Shown here piece by piece: positions 36,401 through 45,687 of a stretch of DNA of 64,000 nucleotides. The DNA is from Amphiscolops sp. MND2022 (taxonomy: Eukaryota). The notes beneath the pieces are model-generated. The model was not told where the DNA came from. It saw only the letters and a program-made list of their open reading frames with translations, and did not search any database. The position numbers and the translations under genes were made by a program. Where the stretch lies: NCBI GenBank assembly GCA_964187785.1, contig OZ076415.1, forward strand, positions 34,286,001 through 34,350,000. The letters run 5' to 3'. Every line of letters starts with the position of its first letter. The stretch's first letter is position 1.

Positions 36401-39400
36401 CTCAATTACCAAACGTGTATGAGATTGCGGAAAAGGTCATGAACAAATCAAAAGCCAATGAAACAGAGCACAGACCTTTAAGGCAGTCCCAGCTTTTCAC
36501 AGTGAGTCATTCATACACTCATAAAAATTTCCTCAACGTTTGGTTGAAAATTCAGGCTTCCTTGGATAATTAAATGTGCTAAAAGTTCATCAATATAAAC
36601 CCTTCACATTGATTGTTTTCCAAACCTCTCATGGAATTTCAATTTCAATTGAAAACCTTTCACGGAAGGAAATTTTAAAAGAATGACTTTTCACAAAAGT
36701 GTTTTTCATTCAAACGCAATCAATCCTCAAAGCTGCAAAGTTTCAAGAAATGTTTGTCATTCTTTGCTTTATACCTTGAAGATCCTCTAATGTAGTTCGC
36801 GTTAATTACATTCTTTTTAAAGTCATTCATTGTTTCCAGAAAATATCTGTGGGCGAAGAGCTGAACATACCGACTCCCATCAAAAAAGAGCTGAAACCGA
36901 GGTCTCCTCCTAAGTGCTTCGATGGCAACTGCGTCATGCCAGTTTACGACCAGCTGAGTGAGATGCTACAAGAAGCACGAGTGCATTTGGAATTGATCGA
37001 AAAGCAGGTAACTTTTAGGTTTTTCCTATGGGTTGTAAGAATTAGTTAGTCGCGAAGAAAGTCAGCTATCCTATTGTACCAGAAAATTCAAACCTTCATT
37101 CCACAGTTTAGGAAAGGACCTTACCTATACAATTTTTTGGTGGTCAGTCTGCAAAATTTGAATTTACTTCATGGAAAAACCGTTCAAAAATTCATTTAGC
37201 CAAAAACTTCAAAATTGAAGTAGCAATTTTTGTGTTGAAGAACAAACATGATTAGTTGGTCAAATTTGAAAGTTTGAAAAATTCATAGTTTTAAAACAAT
37301 TTCACCAGCTAAGGAGTGGTATATTTTCCACTTTGCTGCACTTCAGTATCATGCATACTTGAAATGCTGAAAAAATTTCACCAAAAGTTGAAAAATTGAA
37401 ACGAAGATTTCATAGAACTACGAAAAAATTTACTTGCAAAAAAGTTTAGTTTAGCGTTCAAGAAATGTTCAAAACTTGTACGAAGTTCAAAATTTGCACA
37501 AAAGTTGCTATGTGACGCTTTTACATTTTGGCATTCCGTTGATCAAAAAAGGATATTTTATTGAGTGCAAGGTCAGGTTAACTCTCACGCTTATTGTAGT
37601 AAACTCATAGCCAGATCGTATCAATCATGGGCCTCATACACGATTCCTGCGAATTTCCTGTACAGAATATAATAATGAATGGTAGTTATGTTGCATAATT
37701 CATTACAATAAATTTTTCCACGCGCCCTTTGTTTTTGCAAAAGCGTTTCTAGTAACTTCGGGCATAACATTGATTAATCATAAATCATGTTATCGCACTG
37801 AAAAATCCCGAAATTGTTGCATTCATCTGAAGTTTTTATTCAAAATTTGGTAGTTGAGAATACGGCCCTGTCACATGCAATTTTTTAGCATTAGTAAACA
37901 ATTTCTAGGACTTCGGGATTGATACCAGCTTTTCTAATTAATTTGCTCACGAATCGTACAACTACTTTACAAATTATTAGTTTGAATTAGGTTTGGAAAT
38001 GCAAAAAATTTTTTATGGAGTTGCTGCGTGCGAGGTGGCCACTGTATACGAACTTTATCATGCGTGTCGTATTTCGATTTTACTACGACTTCACGCCAAT
38101 CGTCGTACGTATCGTGGCACGATTGCGACTAAGCTCACGACGTACTACAACTTCCATGGAATGTCAACCCTGGTATGCTACGAGCCTATTTTAATTTTCG
38201 ATTTATAGAAAAAAAACCTCCTTTTTGGCTATGAAAGAGGTTATGGCAAAATGCGAAAGATGAAAATATTCCAAAGTTGTGGTCTACATTTTATGAAATT
38301 CCATGGATCTAAGATTTATTTGTTTCAGCTTGAAAGACCACTAGAGTACACGACAATTTCATTCTCGTTGCCCGAAATTCATCTACCTCCTTACGACTTC
38401 CGTGACTCCTCTGTAAGTTTGAATACATTTGATAGATATGAATTTCACTGTTGCTGTGCTTCCCATATATTCTCTCCCCAAAAAACATCGGAAAAAATTT
38501 TTGATTCACGTTTTTTGAACCCTGGCCTCTCGGCTCAAAGGGGCTTCATTTTCAATAACAAACTTGAACAAGAGAACGACGTAGAGTCTCGAACCCAGGA
38601 CCTCTTGGGTTGGAGTTATCCAGAGATAACTATACATTAATGGGCTCATTAAACTCAATCTTCCGTGAACAACTTATGGAATTATTGAAATTATGGAATT
38701 GTTTTAAATTATATTAATAAATGCAGTTCCCCAATTGGAAGGTCATTAGGTGATCACATCAGAATTGGAAAAATTCCAGTCCCCATCGCAGATAATTGCC
38801 AAAATCTGAACTTATCGAAGGGTTTTTGCTTCCCGTGTATAAAATTTGGACCCTTCATATTCTTGACACTAACTTCTTCCATTGAAGACACTCTTATGTG
38901 AACTTTTAAAAGGTATAATACAGTGTTTTTTAAAGACATTTTTATGAAATAGATTTGAGGCAAGCGAAAAGTTTTTTTTTCAACTCGAAATGTTTTGAGT
39001 GTTAAACTGACTTTAGCAATAGTTTTTTGAGGTGAATTACATTGGGTCGTGTCTCTAAGTATAAGTATTCAAGCGTCGGTATATGTGATTAACGTCTTCA
39101 TATAGAAAGTTTCATTTTTGTAGACAAAGAATTTGGAGAAATTGTTACAAGAAGTGGAGGAATTGGAGACTAAATGTCGCAATTACGAGCAGCACCACGA
39201 TGACTCATTTCGATCATCGACATCTAGTGGAGAAATGAGCGAGGAACACAGCAATACACTTGATAAGGTTTTTTGACACATCTTGTTCACGTTCCCATTG
39301 TTGAAGGTAACCGATTGGTCATAGTTAATAGTAGCATCATTCATTTCATCATTGGCTGGAAACCTTTAGACAAAACCTCAGGTTTGAGAGCATCGGATTC

Positions 39401-39981
39401 AAATCTGATATAACCAGTTGGGTCAACATCCAGATAACCCACCTGATGTTGCAATATTGCCATTTTCTCCATTTTTGTTCCAATGACAAAAATGAAAAGG
39501 TTAACAATTTGTACGAAAGACTGAAACAAAAACGCTACGATCCATTATTTCGGCACTTTTCTTTTCAGACGCTTCTTTTCATTTTGGCAATTTAAGGCTC
39601 CATCTTTAAAGGATAAATCTAAAGGCATGTTGAAATTAGCCTAAAAACACGGCTGAGCAAACAATTTTCCGCTGCCCACATATGAAATATGGGCGGAAAA
39701 TGATAAAGCTCAATATCCTTTAGAAAAAAATTGGTGAATCGAAAAAATACTAGCCAGCTTGAAATAGTAATTCAAAACATTTTTCCTCCATATTTTAGAG
39801 GAAAAAGAGCCAGGCGAGCTCGAGTGGAATGGCAGATCTGGAAGCAGAACTGGACGAGATAGAGAGTATTTTGAATGCCAGTCAGGCCCAAAAAGACATG
39901 AAGGAAATTGAGGGAAAACTGGCTGAGGTTGAACAAGGACTCAAAATCGCTAACACCAACAACGCCAAGATCGAAATGGAT
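166..39981 (+). CDS. Giant multi-exon gene encoding an acidic Glu/Ser/Asp-rich, probably intrinsically disordered protein (>=5,049 aa in this window; N-terminus lies left of the window, 3' end uncertain)
   Basis: 24 segments bounded by pyrimidine-tract/AG and GT(R/T)AG-like sites, each a multiple of 3 nt, stop-free and of the same acidic composition; summed length 15,147 nt. No known domain recognised. Confidence 0.8.
1833..1858. repeat. Perfect 26-bp palindrome CGAACTAGCAGGA/TCCTGCTAGTTCG
   Basis: Read directly. Confidence 0.95.
1921..2680 (-). pseudogene. Decayed Tc1/mariner-superfamily (Tc1-like) DDE transposase
   Basis: Frameshifted pieces FDNVFVTD..F.L, ILEQDGATVHTAKDT and PANFLDLTSNENTW match the Tc1 motifs FSDE, QDxAxxH and WPxNSPDLNPIENxW. 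Confidence 0.85.
3660..3780 (+). mobile_element. tRNA-derived SINE-like element
   Basis: A box TGGCTCAGTCGG (3669-3680), B box GGTTCGAG (3713-3720), tail gcggaaaatattccggtgctaagcgggcgt shared with 4922-4990. Confidence 0.65.
3801..3968 (+). CDS. Exon (56 codons, VLSSRNEAE...FVPNYISE)
   Basis: ccgttttcag|gtt and gag|gtttgt; ending resembles the FIPNHIPE endings of exons 16904 and 21361. Confidence 0.75.
4580..4753. mobile_element. MITE, Tc1/mariner-pogo type
   Basis: TA on both sides; imperfect 25-bp TIRs CAGTAGAATCTGCCTAATTCGTATC / CAGTCAACTCCGGTTAATTCGTATC. Confidence 0.75.
4780..4912. repeat. Cluster of GGGAATAAGATCTAAA units ending in inverted copies
   Basis: About five direct units followed by ttttagatcttattc and gatcctattccc. 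Confidence 0.85.
4922..4990 (+). mobile_element. Internally deleted copy of the same SINE-like element
   Basis: A box TGGCTCAGTTGG then directly the tail gcggaaaatatcccggtgcttagcgggcgt; B box missing. Confidence 0.55.
6201..6473 (+). CDS. Exon (91 codons, YDKSLDL...GDGTK)
   Basis: gtattcaag|tac (weaker AAG acceptor) and aag|gtattg; carries ASEDDISVQIRKPPE, echoed as ASEDEVSVRLRKPQE in exon 22806. Confidence 0.7.
6556..6899 (-). repeat. E1 3' LTR (344 bp)
   Basis: Direct repeat of 14170-14512 with about 8 differences; sense start TGTTATATAG; preceded by PPT. Confidence 0.92.
6900..6911 (-). promoter_or_regulatory. E1 polypurine tract (GGGCCCAGAGGA)
   Basis: Abuts the TG of the 3' LTR, about 160 bp after the pol stop at 7073. 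Confidence 0.7.
7073..12128 (-). pseudogene. E1 gag-pol (Gag with Cys/His knuckles, DSA aspartic protease, YMDD RT, Pao RNase H, integrase), frameshifted and with internal deletions
   Basis: ORF-track fragments 12149-11784, 11872-10967, 10838-9627, 9608-8598, 8456-7773, 7794-7504, 7441-7151 are consecutive parts of one polyprotein. Confidence 0.95.
12190..12576 (-). repeat. Four copies of a 25-nt hairpin motif GTGT-CCRRWC-N6-GWYYGG-TTG upstream of E1 gag
   Basis: Copies at 12190-12214, 12424-12448, 12493-12517, 12552-12576. Confidence 0.9.
12615..13317 (-). pseudogene. SGNH/GDSL-hydrolase-like ORF inside E1, upstream of gag; broken by a template-switch duplication and a 1-nt frameshift
   Basis: Reconstructed VFILAASSLDHAL...IPGLSLN...IVIWHDVLNNS...LVYCQR...YKALHQ resembles SGNH blocks I, II, III and V; judged by eye. 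Confidence 0.55.
14152..14169 (-). promoter_or_regulatory. E1 primer-binding site TGGTGGCCATAGAGAGGC (18 nt)
   Basis: Starts TGG, abuts the 5' LTR, 17/18 identical to the E2 PBS. Confidence 0.88.
14170..14512 (-). repeat. E1 5' LTR (343 bp)
   Basis: Direct repeat of 6556-6899; followed immediately by the PBS. Confidence 0.92.
14411..14479 (-). promoter_or_regulatory. tRNA-like Pol III type-2 promoter cassette in the E1 LTR (second copy about 6798-6866)
   Basis: A box TAGCCGAACGG at +8 (14472-14462), B box GGTTCGAATCC (14428-14418); CCAAT box AGCCAATCAG immediately upstream. Confidence 0.8.
14874..15002 (+). CDS. Exon (43 codons, EIVVDHPES...ESTSK)
   Basis: tttgtctgtag|gag and aag|gtagta; translated by hand, no stop. 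Confidence 0.7.
15296..15455. mobile_element. Perfect spacer-less 160-bp palindrome; probable fold-back MITE (CAAAGCGTGG... flanked by TA)
   Basis: Two exact 80-bp arms centred on 15375/15376; outermost dinucleotides TA. Confidence 0.85.
15648..15776 (+). CDS. Exon (43 codons, VLTEKHDDTLES...IESSS)
   Basis: tttttag|gtg and tcc|gtgagt; HDDTxE motif shared with exons 16904 and 21361. Confidence 0.8.
16229..16494 (-). mobile_element. Helentron/DINE-1-like (HINE) non-autonomous element
   Basis: One end AACAAG-[G(A/C)CG GGAA CGGC hairpin]-AAGTYGG, other end GCGCCGACT-AAAAA (inverted subterminal repeat). Confidence 0.5.
16618..16707 (+). CDS. Exon A of cassette 1 (30 codons, EVAESKDD...NQIYIVNQSASE)
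   Basis: atttcag|gaa and gag|gtgagt; paralog at 21000. Confidence 0.85.
16904..17104 (+). CDS. Exon B of cassette 1 (67 codons, AVSESHDDT...EFIPNHIPE)
   Basis: ttttcaag|gcg and gaa|gtaaga; paralog at 21361. Confidence 0.85.
17379..17531 (+). CDS. Exon C of cassette 1 (51 codons, YALGSPT...MEVLSEDE...LSQ)
   Basis: tcttttag|tat and cag|gtatct; paralog at 21828 of identical length. Confidence 0.85.
17653..17991 (+). CDS. Exon D of cassette 1 (113 codons, LETSSYVT...DDPAS)
   Basis: ttttttag|ctg and tcg|gtaatt. Confidence 0.85.
21000..21083 (+). CDS. Exon A of cassette 2 (28 codons, EAVESEDE...NQIYVINKSASQ)
   Basis: actttgcag|gaa and cag|gtaata. Confidence 0.85.
21361..21567 (+). CDS. Exon B of cassette 2 (69 codons, VEVVSENHDDT...EFIPNHRPE)
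   Basis: aattctag|gtt and gaa|gtgagg. Confidence 0.85.
21828..21980 (+). CDS. Exon C of cassette 2 (51 codons, YAIGSPT...MEVLSEDE...PSQ)
   Basis: gtttcag|tat and caa|gttaga. Confidence 0.85.
22336..22686 (+). CDS. Exon D of cassette 2 (117 codons, WETASED...DESSS)
   Basis: tacttcag|tgg and tct|gtaagt. Confidence 0.8.
22806..23192 (+). CDS. Exon (129 codons, STSDDHTM...QNTEA)
   Basis: (t)n-cag|tcg and gca|gtgagt. Confidence 0.85.
23349..23750 (+). CDS. Exon (134 codons, SVDAESS...LTRTE)
   Basis: tgttttag|tcg and gaa|gtaagt. Confidence 0.85.
23855..24001 (+). CDS. Exon (49 codons, DQSQDDE...KASTE)
   Basis: ttttctag|gat and gag|gtaaga. Confidence 0.85.
24569..24838 (+). CDS. Exon (90 codons, KESETRE...AANES)
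   Basis: tgtttcag|aaa and tca|gtgaga. Confidence 0.85.
25022..25099 (+). CDS. Exon (26 codons, TSQLSQRDDD...ESEN)
   Basis: aattttcag|acc and aat|gttagt. Confidence 0.75.
25302..25451 (+). CDS. Exon (50 codons, or 48 with the in-frame acceptor 6 nt downstream; KQSNRVELK...ITEE)
   Basis: ttctgtag|aagcag|tca tandem acceptors and gag|gttaca. Confidence 0.7.
25927..36501 (+). CDS. Giant exon, 10,575 bp (3,525 codons), acidic low-complexity
   Basis: Uninterrupted 3,536-aa ORF 25963-36573; acceptor gcttttcag|ctc 36 nt upstream in frame; donor aca|gtgagt. Confidence 0.92.
33889..33972 (+). repeat. Coding (GAA)13-AAAGAATTAGAC-(GAA)11 repeat (two poly-Glu runs)
   Basis: Read directly; peptide D-E13-KELD-E11. 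Confidence 0.95.
36840..37007 (+). CDS. Exon (56 codons, KISVGEE...CFDGNC...LELIEKQ)
   Basis: tgtttccag|aaa and cag|gtaact. Confidence 0.85.
38329..38412 (+). CDS. Exon (28 codons, LERPLEY...FRDSS)
   Basis: ttgtttcag|ctt and tct|gtaagt. Confidence 0.75.
39124..39267 (+). CDS. Exon (48 codons, TKNLEKLLQEVEELE...LDK), coiled-coil-like
   Basis: tttttgtag|aca and aag|gttttt; heptad-like Leu spacing. Confidence 0.75.
39799..39981 (+). CDS. Exon (61 codons, RKKSQASS...DLEAELDEIESIL...IEMD), coiled-coil-like
   Basis: tattttag|agg and gat|gttagt; donor choice less certain. Confidence 0.75.
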
Positions 39982-40319
39982 GTTAGTGATACAAGCCGAG
40001 AATGGTATACGTCGGCACCCCACCTTGGGCTTGGAAGGCTTGGAAAACGCAACTTACCTGAAATTGTTGAGGAACAATTCTCATTCTCACAGTGTCGAAA
40101 AAATTCAGAGAGGACCTTTCGGGATTGAATTTTTGGTCGGCGCTTTTCGTTAGAAGAAGCCGACTATAGTGGTGCCTTTTTAAAAGAGCGAACTGACAGA
40201 TATCTATAATTTGATATAAGTTGCAACCATTCCGCTAACTTTCTCTCGCCTTTTGCCCATAGGTTAACACGGATTTCCAGGCCTGGCTACGGGAACGAAG
40301 AAGCAAAAAAGGGTGGGTT

Positions 40320-40544
40320 CATTACAGTGCATAGGCAAGCTATTTTGCTGCTTGTCGTGGAATCCGGGACACGAAAGTTGAGGCAGTGCGTACAGCTAAG
40401 CATTTGTTACTGGAATCCGTGAAATCCGTGACTATGACGTAATTTGCCAATTTTGCACGGTTAAAGGTATGGTTGTAGAATCCGAGGTATCCAAAGCACA
40501 AAATTGTGCTTTGAGCAAATTTAGCTTGCCTATGCACTCTAATG
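40320..40544. mobile_element. MITE with TIR CATTA(C/G)AGTGCATAGGCAAGCT
   Basis: Terminal inverted repeats; internal GGATTCCAC motifs; longer inverted copy at 57163-57962. Confidence 0.75.
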
Positions 40545-41779
40545 TTCAAGTCCCGCACTAAACCAATTTTTTATGCCTGCAAAGGTTCATGAAAGACCAG
40601 AGGAAGTTGTAATAAGTGGAAGTTAGTCAAAGTTTGACTGAATTGCGGAAAAGTGTATTTTTGGACTCACTTCCACTTTTCACTAACTACGCGCCTTGAC
40701 TAGTTTACACCATTTTCCATTACGCGCGTTGACACAGCTACAAGGTCCAGGCATAGAGTGTCTTGACCATTTTACGATGCGTGACTGGAATCCACTTTAC
40801 AGGGATGTGTCTCGTAATGTTCTTTTCTGCACTATGCGACTTTTTTGAAAAGTTTTCATTTCGTCAAAGGGTACCATTCGGTTTCATAAACGATTTCGGC
40901 TGAAAAAAGCGTTTTGCAAGCTTAAAGCTACTTTTTCGGCACTATGAGATCTTCTTCCCGAGCAAAAATGTTTTCGTAAAACTCTTACTTTACAAAAATT
41001 AGGTTTTAGATGTTTCAAGCTGGCAAAAACTGATGTTTCTTGTTTCTTCAGATATTGAGGTATTTTCCAATTTTCTAATCTCTGCAACTTTGCGAGGTTG
41101 TCACGATTTAGTTTTTCATTCAGTGAGTGTGTAACATATCCCTTTTATATTTCTCAGCTGTGATCACGCGATGAGGTTTCGTTTGCAAATTTTCTGTTCA
41201 GACTTAAATATTAGTTGACATCTAAGTACATCTATGACATCTATGTAAGCTTCTACTATTGTTGCTTTTAATCCTGCTCTTAAAAATTCCCATGTTTCAG
41301 TCATAATAATTGAGAGCCAGCAGAACGTTTTTGTAGTTTCTCTTCTGGTGATATCTTCCAAAAATAGAAACGCTCCATGTTTTTTAAAAGGGTTTTGAAG
41401 CTTATTAAATCCTTTTGAACACAGACTGTCAATTGAAAACAATTTTAGCTTTTTCATAAGCTAGAGTTTATTAGAAATCTCGAAAAAATTCTAGTGTCAT
41501 TTGAAGACGACATGCTTCCTATTCTCGTTTCGAGCTCGTCAGAGCCTGGGAAAATGTTTCACAACCCTACCGGAAAGGACCTGGATTTTTCACAATAACT
41601 TTTTTCAATTCCCTCAAATAACTTCTATAATTTTTAAATCATTTTTCATAATTTTTTCTCACAAATGTGAGAGAGTGAGCAATGCTAGATTAATCAACTT
41701 GTTCTTTATGATCGAAATGATGTGTATTATAAAACTTCGTCAGAAATGAATAAAAAAACTCACTTGAAATTCTATCAGG

Positions 41780-42917
41780 AATTTTCAGGTTTGGTAACAG
41801 GGCTTGAGAAGCAGGTCACAGGTTCGAGTCCCACACTGAACAGGTTTTTTAATGTCTGCGAAGGCAGGGAAAGACCGTCAATTATAAGCAAACAAAGCGT
41901 TTTGCGAGCATAGAGGACCCCTCAAAATTTTTCAATTTCTGTTGAAGAGAACCGTTTTCCGCGTCCCAAAGGTTATTTTTTGGGTGTTTTCGGAGTTGAG
42001 AGTTTTCGCAATAAATAACCCTTCGGTTTTTTCGAAACTGTGCGACTTCCCGAAAAGAATATTTAGTCAAAAAGAACCCCCTTCACTTTTTGAAAAAAAA
42101 TCGGCAGGAAAAACAGCGTTTTGCTAACTTGGATGGTCTCCTTCCGGGTTTTTTGGCACTATGATACTTTTTCAGGAAAAAAATTCAAAATTTTCATTCA
42201 AAAACTGTGTTTTTTAGTCGGCGCCTTTTCCCTTAAGGAAAAAAGCCCGACTCTTACAGTGAGTAGTTTTTTTTTTCAGTTGACAATCTCACTCTGAGTG
42301 GTCCACTTTTCTTACAATTTTTGTTCATCTTTCATATTTGTTCATCTTCCATCTTCGACCCAGCCGGAGAGCGTGGGTTCGAATCCCGCACTAAACCATA
42401 AATTTTTTAATGCTTCCAAAAGTACAGGTGAGACCAAAGGGTCCCCCCTTTGGGTTTTTTTTCGGCACTATGCGACTTTTTTTCGAAAACTTTCGAAATT
42501 TATCAAAGGGTACCCCCTTGATTTTTTTTGAAGTTTTCGGTTTGTAGAAAACGTTGAATGAGCCTGAATGGCCTCTTTTTGAGTTTTTCGGCATTGTGCG
42601 ACCTAAAAAATACTTTTTTTCGAAAAAAAAATCAATTTTTTTTTGAAAAAAATTTTTTTTCCAAATTTTTCCAATAGTTGTTCCTTGAATATTTTTGAGC
42701 CTAAGATATGGCGCCGACTTGGGACGTTCCCGTCTTGTTTATGTTTGGATTTAGGGAAAAAGCGGTTGTGGAGTCTTATGGGTATCCTTTTGGGTATTTG
42801 TTGGCATTGTAAAATTGATAAATATTATCACAATAGAGTCCTCAAGCATAGTTATAACACTTTATTTTCTAATTGAACTTCGAGCGGAGCGCCGAAATAG
42901 GCCGTTCCTTGCTTGTT
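41780..42917. mobile_element. Cluster of the same HINE-like modular repeat, with tRNA B-box fragments
   Basis: TTTTTAGTCGGCGC hairpin end at 42211-42252; GCGCCGACT...CTTGTT ends at 42739 and 42917; shared tcggcactatgcgactttt modules. Confidence 0.5.
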
Positions 42918-43153
42918 ACTCTTTTCATGTCCTGATTAGATTGTTGATTTAATTTATTGCTCATCTTCCCTGGTTGGAACTGCTTGAACTTTTTACATGT
43001 TTTTGTAGGTTACCAACATAATTTTTCATGATTTTATAAAATTCTCAAAGAAACGTTCATGCAACAAAACTTCACTGATTCGATTTATTTTTATCAAGCT
43101 GCCTATTAAATGCATCCTAAATTTTGCGCCGCAAGGTTTTGCAGGTTTCATTA

Positions 43154-43250
43154 TGAAAATCTTTAAAAGAACTAAAGATTGTATTATCAATCAAAATTAA
43201 AATAACAATGAAACTTGAGGAAAATTATTATTAATAACCGCAAAGTCAAA
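43154..43250 (-). repeat. E2 3' LTR remnant (97 bp)
   Basis: Roughly 90% identical to 49608-49703; fused directly to truncated integrase, so PPT and most of the LTR are deleted. Confidence 0.88.
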
Positions 43251-45687
43251 CACGAGCTAGTGGATATAGCCCTCTAGGTGAGGTCGGTTCAACAATCCAC
43301 ACGAGATCTCCGGTCTTAAGATCTCTGTTTGGGTGCGATGACCACTTCGAACGGCGGTTCAGAGTGGAAACGTATTCTCTTAACCACCTGTTCCATATTG
43401 TATCGGAATAAGCTTGCGCTCGGGCGTAACGCTTGCGATGGTCGACGTTTGCTTGCTGATGCGAAGGCAGTACTGAACTTGAAGTTCCATGTAGAAAATG
43501 ATTTGGAGTAAAGGCGTCCAAATCGGTTGAATCTGCACTAGCAGGTACTAACGGTCGTGCATTCAAACTTTGTTCTACGAGACAGAACGTGGTTGCAAGG
43601 ATTTCGTCTGTCAGACGTCTATTTCCGATGACAGCGTAGAACACGTGCTTGAAACTACGTACTAAACGTTCCCATACACCTCCATGGTGCGGAGCACTGG
43701 GTGGGTTATATTTCCACTGGATTCCTTTCTTGACAAGTAATTCAGTGAAGACTTGTTGATTCCAGTTTCTGACGTTCTGTAACAGTTCTTTGTCCCTTGT
43801 AACAAAGTTAGTGCCGTTGTTGGACCAGAGAACTGACGGAGTACCTGGTCGGGCAGCAAACCGTTCAATTCCCATGACACAACTGCTGGTGTCCATTGAT
43901 GGTACAACTTCAAAATGGACGGCCCGAGTAGTTAGGCAAGTGAAAAGAAAACCCCAGCGTTTCTCAGTAGAACGTTTCACGGACAGGTAGAATGGACCAA
44001 AGTAGTCAATTCCGGTGTTGCTGAATGGAGGTTCTTTGAAAGCGAGCCTCTCCCGTGGAAGATCGGACATCATGGGAGCTAACGTGTCAGCTTTGCGCTT
44101 ACGGCAGATGATGCACCTGGATACAATTGACCTCAATGTTGTTCTCAATTTGACAATTGCGTACTCCTGCTGGATCAACGCCCTCAAGTACTCAACACCC
44201 TGGTGGCATTGATTTCTATGAAAATTTTCCAGGAACAACCGAACTAGTGGATGACGGCTATCAAGTAGAATTGGGTGTTTCATGTCAAACGTGGCAACAT
44301 CCAGCTGTTTTGTGCAACCGGAAGCTCGCAGTAAACCATTAGGCCCAATGAAAGAGGAAAATTCAGCAATTTTAGAAGACTTGTTGAAAGGGGAAGACTT
44401 CAACAAGCACTTTATTTCGGTGTCAAATGACTCGAGTTGTACCAGATGGAACAATCGCTGTTGAGCATCGTCGAGTTCAGCTGGATCCGTAATAAATCCA
44501 TTGTCGGTGGGCTTGGATTCGTTCTTTGGGAGGAGTCTCAACATGTAAGCCACAATGCGCAGAAGCTTCTCGTACGAACTGTACTTCTGCCATTTGAAAG
44601 TTGTTGCAATTTCGGTTACTGTTGCGGTGATTGTAGTACACTGATGTTCTTTGGTTTCGTTAACTTTAGTGGAATCAGCGCCTTCGTTGAGCTTTACTTT
44701 CTGACGAAAGTCGTCCGGAAGTTTGAAGGGGAAGTCGGATGTTTTTAGAAAGTCCGGTCCAGACAGCCAACAACTGTTCAAAAGAGCAGTTGCAGACATT
44801 CCCCGGGTGCCTGCATCAGCCGGGTTGTGAGCTGTAGGGACGTAGTGCCACTCATCAACAGTTGTTAAGTCTAGAATTTCGCATACTCGGTTAGCAACAA
44901 ATGTGGGTTGCTTTTCTGAAGAAGTTAACCACTGAAGCACAGTTGAACTATCGCTCCACATGAAAGTTCTGTCTATCTTCAAAGACAGTGCACGGAGGAC
45001 CTCTGCGCGAAGTCGTGCTGCAAGTAATGCGGCTTGTAGCTCCAACTTTGGAACAGTTAGTGCCTTCTTTGGAGCCACTCTTGCTTTTCCAAAGACGAAA
45101 GCCAGCTGTGTCACAACATCGTGGTTATTTACTAGTTTTCCTCGCAAGAAAGCGACTGCGTTGAAAGCATCTTGTGAGCTATCACCAAACACGTGCAGCT
45201 CAATTGTTTCAACTGTTTGACAGAAGTAACTTCTTGGTATGGTAATTTTATTCAAAGTTGACAACTCATTGCTCCACTCCAAGAACTTTGTTACAATATC
45301 GTCTGGCAAGTTGTCGTCCCACTGCTGGCCACTGAGCCTCCAAATGTCTTTCAAAAGCAGGCGCGCTTTGATGGTGAACGGCGCGACGAGACCAATTGGG
45401 TCGTATACAGCGGATACCAAACTCAGAACAACCCTTTGAGTGATATTTCGGTCGGTGTTTGAACTTGTTCCTCTGCTAACAACTAGGGTGTCTGTTGGGT
45501 GATTCCATTTCATTCCAAGAACGTGCGAGAGTTTCTCCGCAGTCGGAATCTCTTTCTCCTCCGTGGTTCTGGTGTCGGTGTTCGGATCTACTTCGATGGG
45601 GATGCTTGGTACATTAGACACGAACTTTGTCAGTTTAAACCCACCCAAAGCGAGCATTTTAACAAGATCTTTTGCTTTGTTAGAGGC
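43246..45687 (-). pseudogene. E2 RT C-terminus, RNase H and integrase (803-aa open frame, truncated at YPLARV)
   Basis: GGFKLTKF, KARVAP, TGIDYFGP, GVWERLVRS motifs. Confidence 0.95.

Noticed and set aside
166-39981. Naming the giant gene (titin, ankyrin, nesprin/KASH, MAP1/futsch)
   Set aside because: No Ig, ankyrin, spectrin or KASH (TM plus PPPX) signature is recognisable in this window
43149-43153. Link between the E2 TSD CATTA and the CATTA at the MITE ends (40320, 57163)
   Set aside because: A 5-mer coincidence in AT-rich DNA
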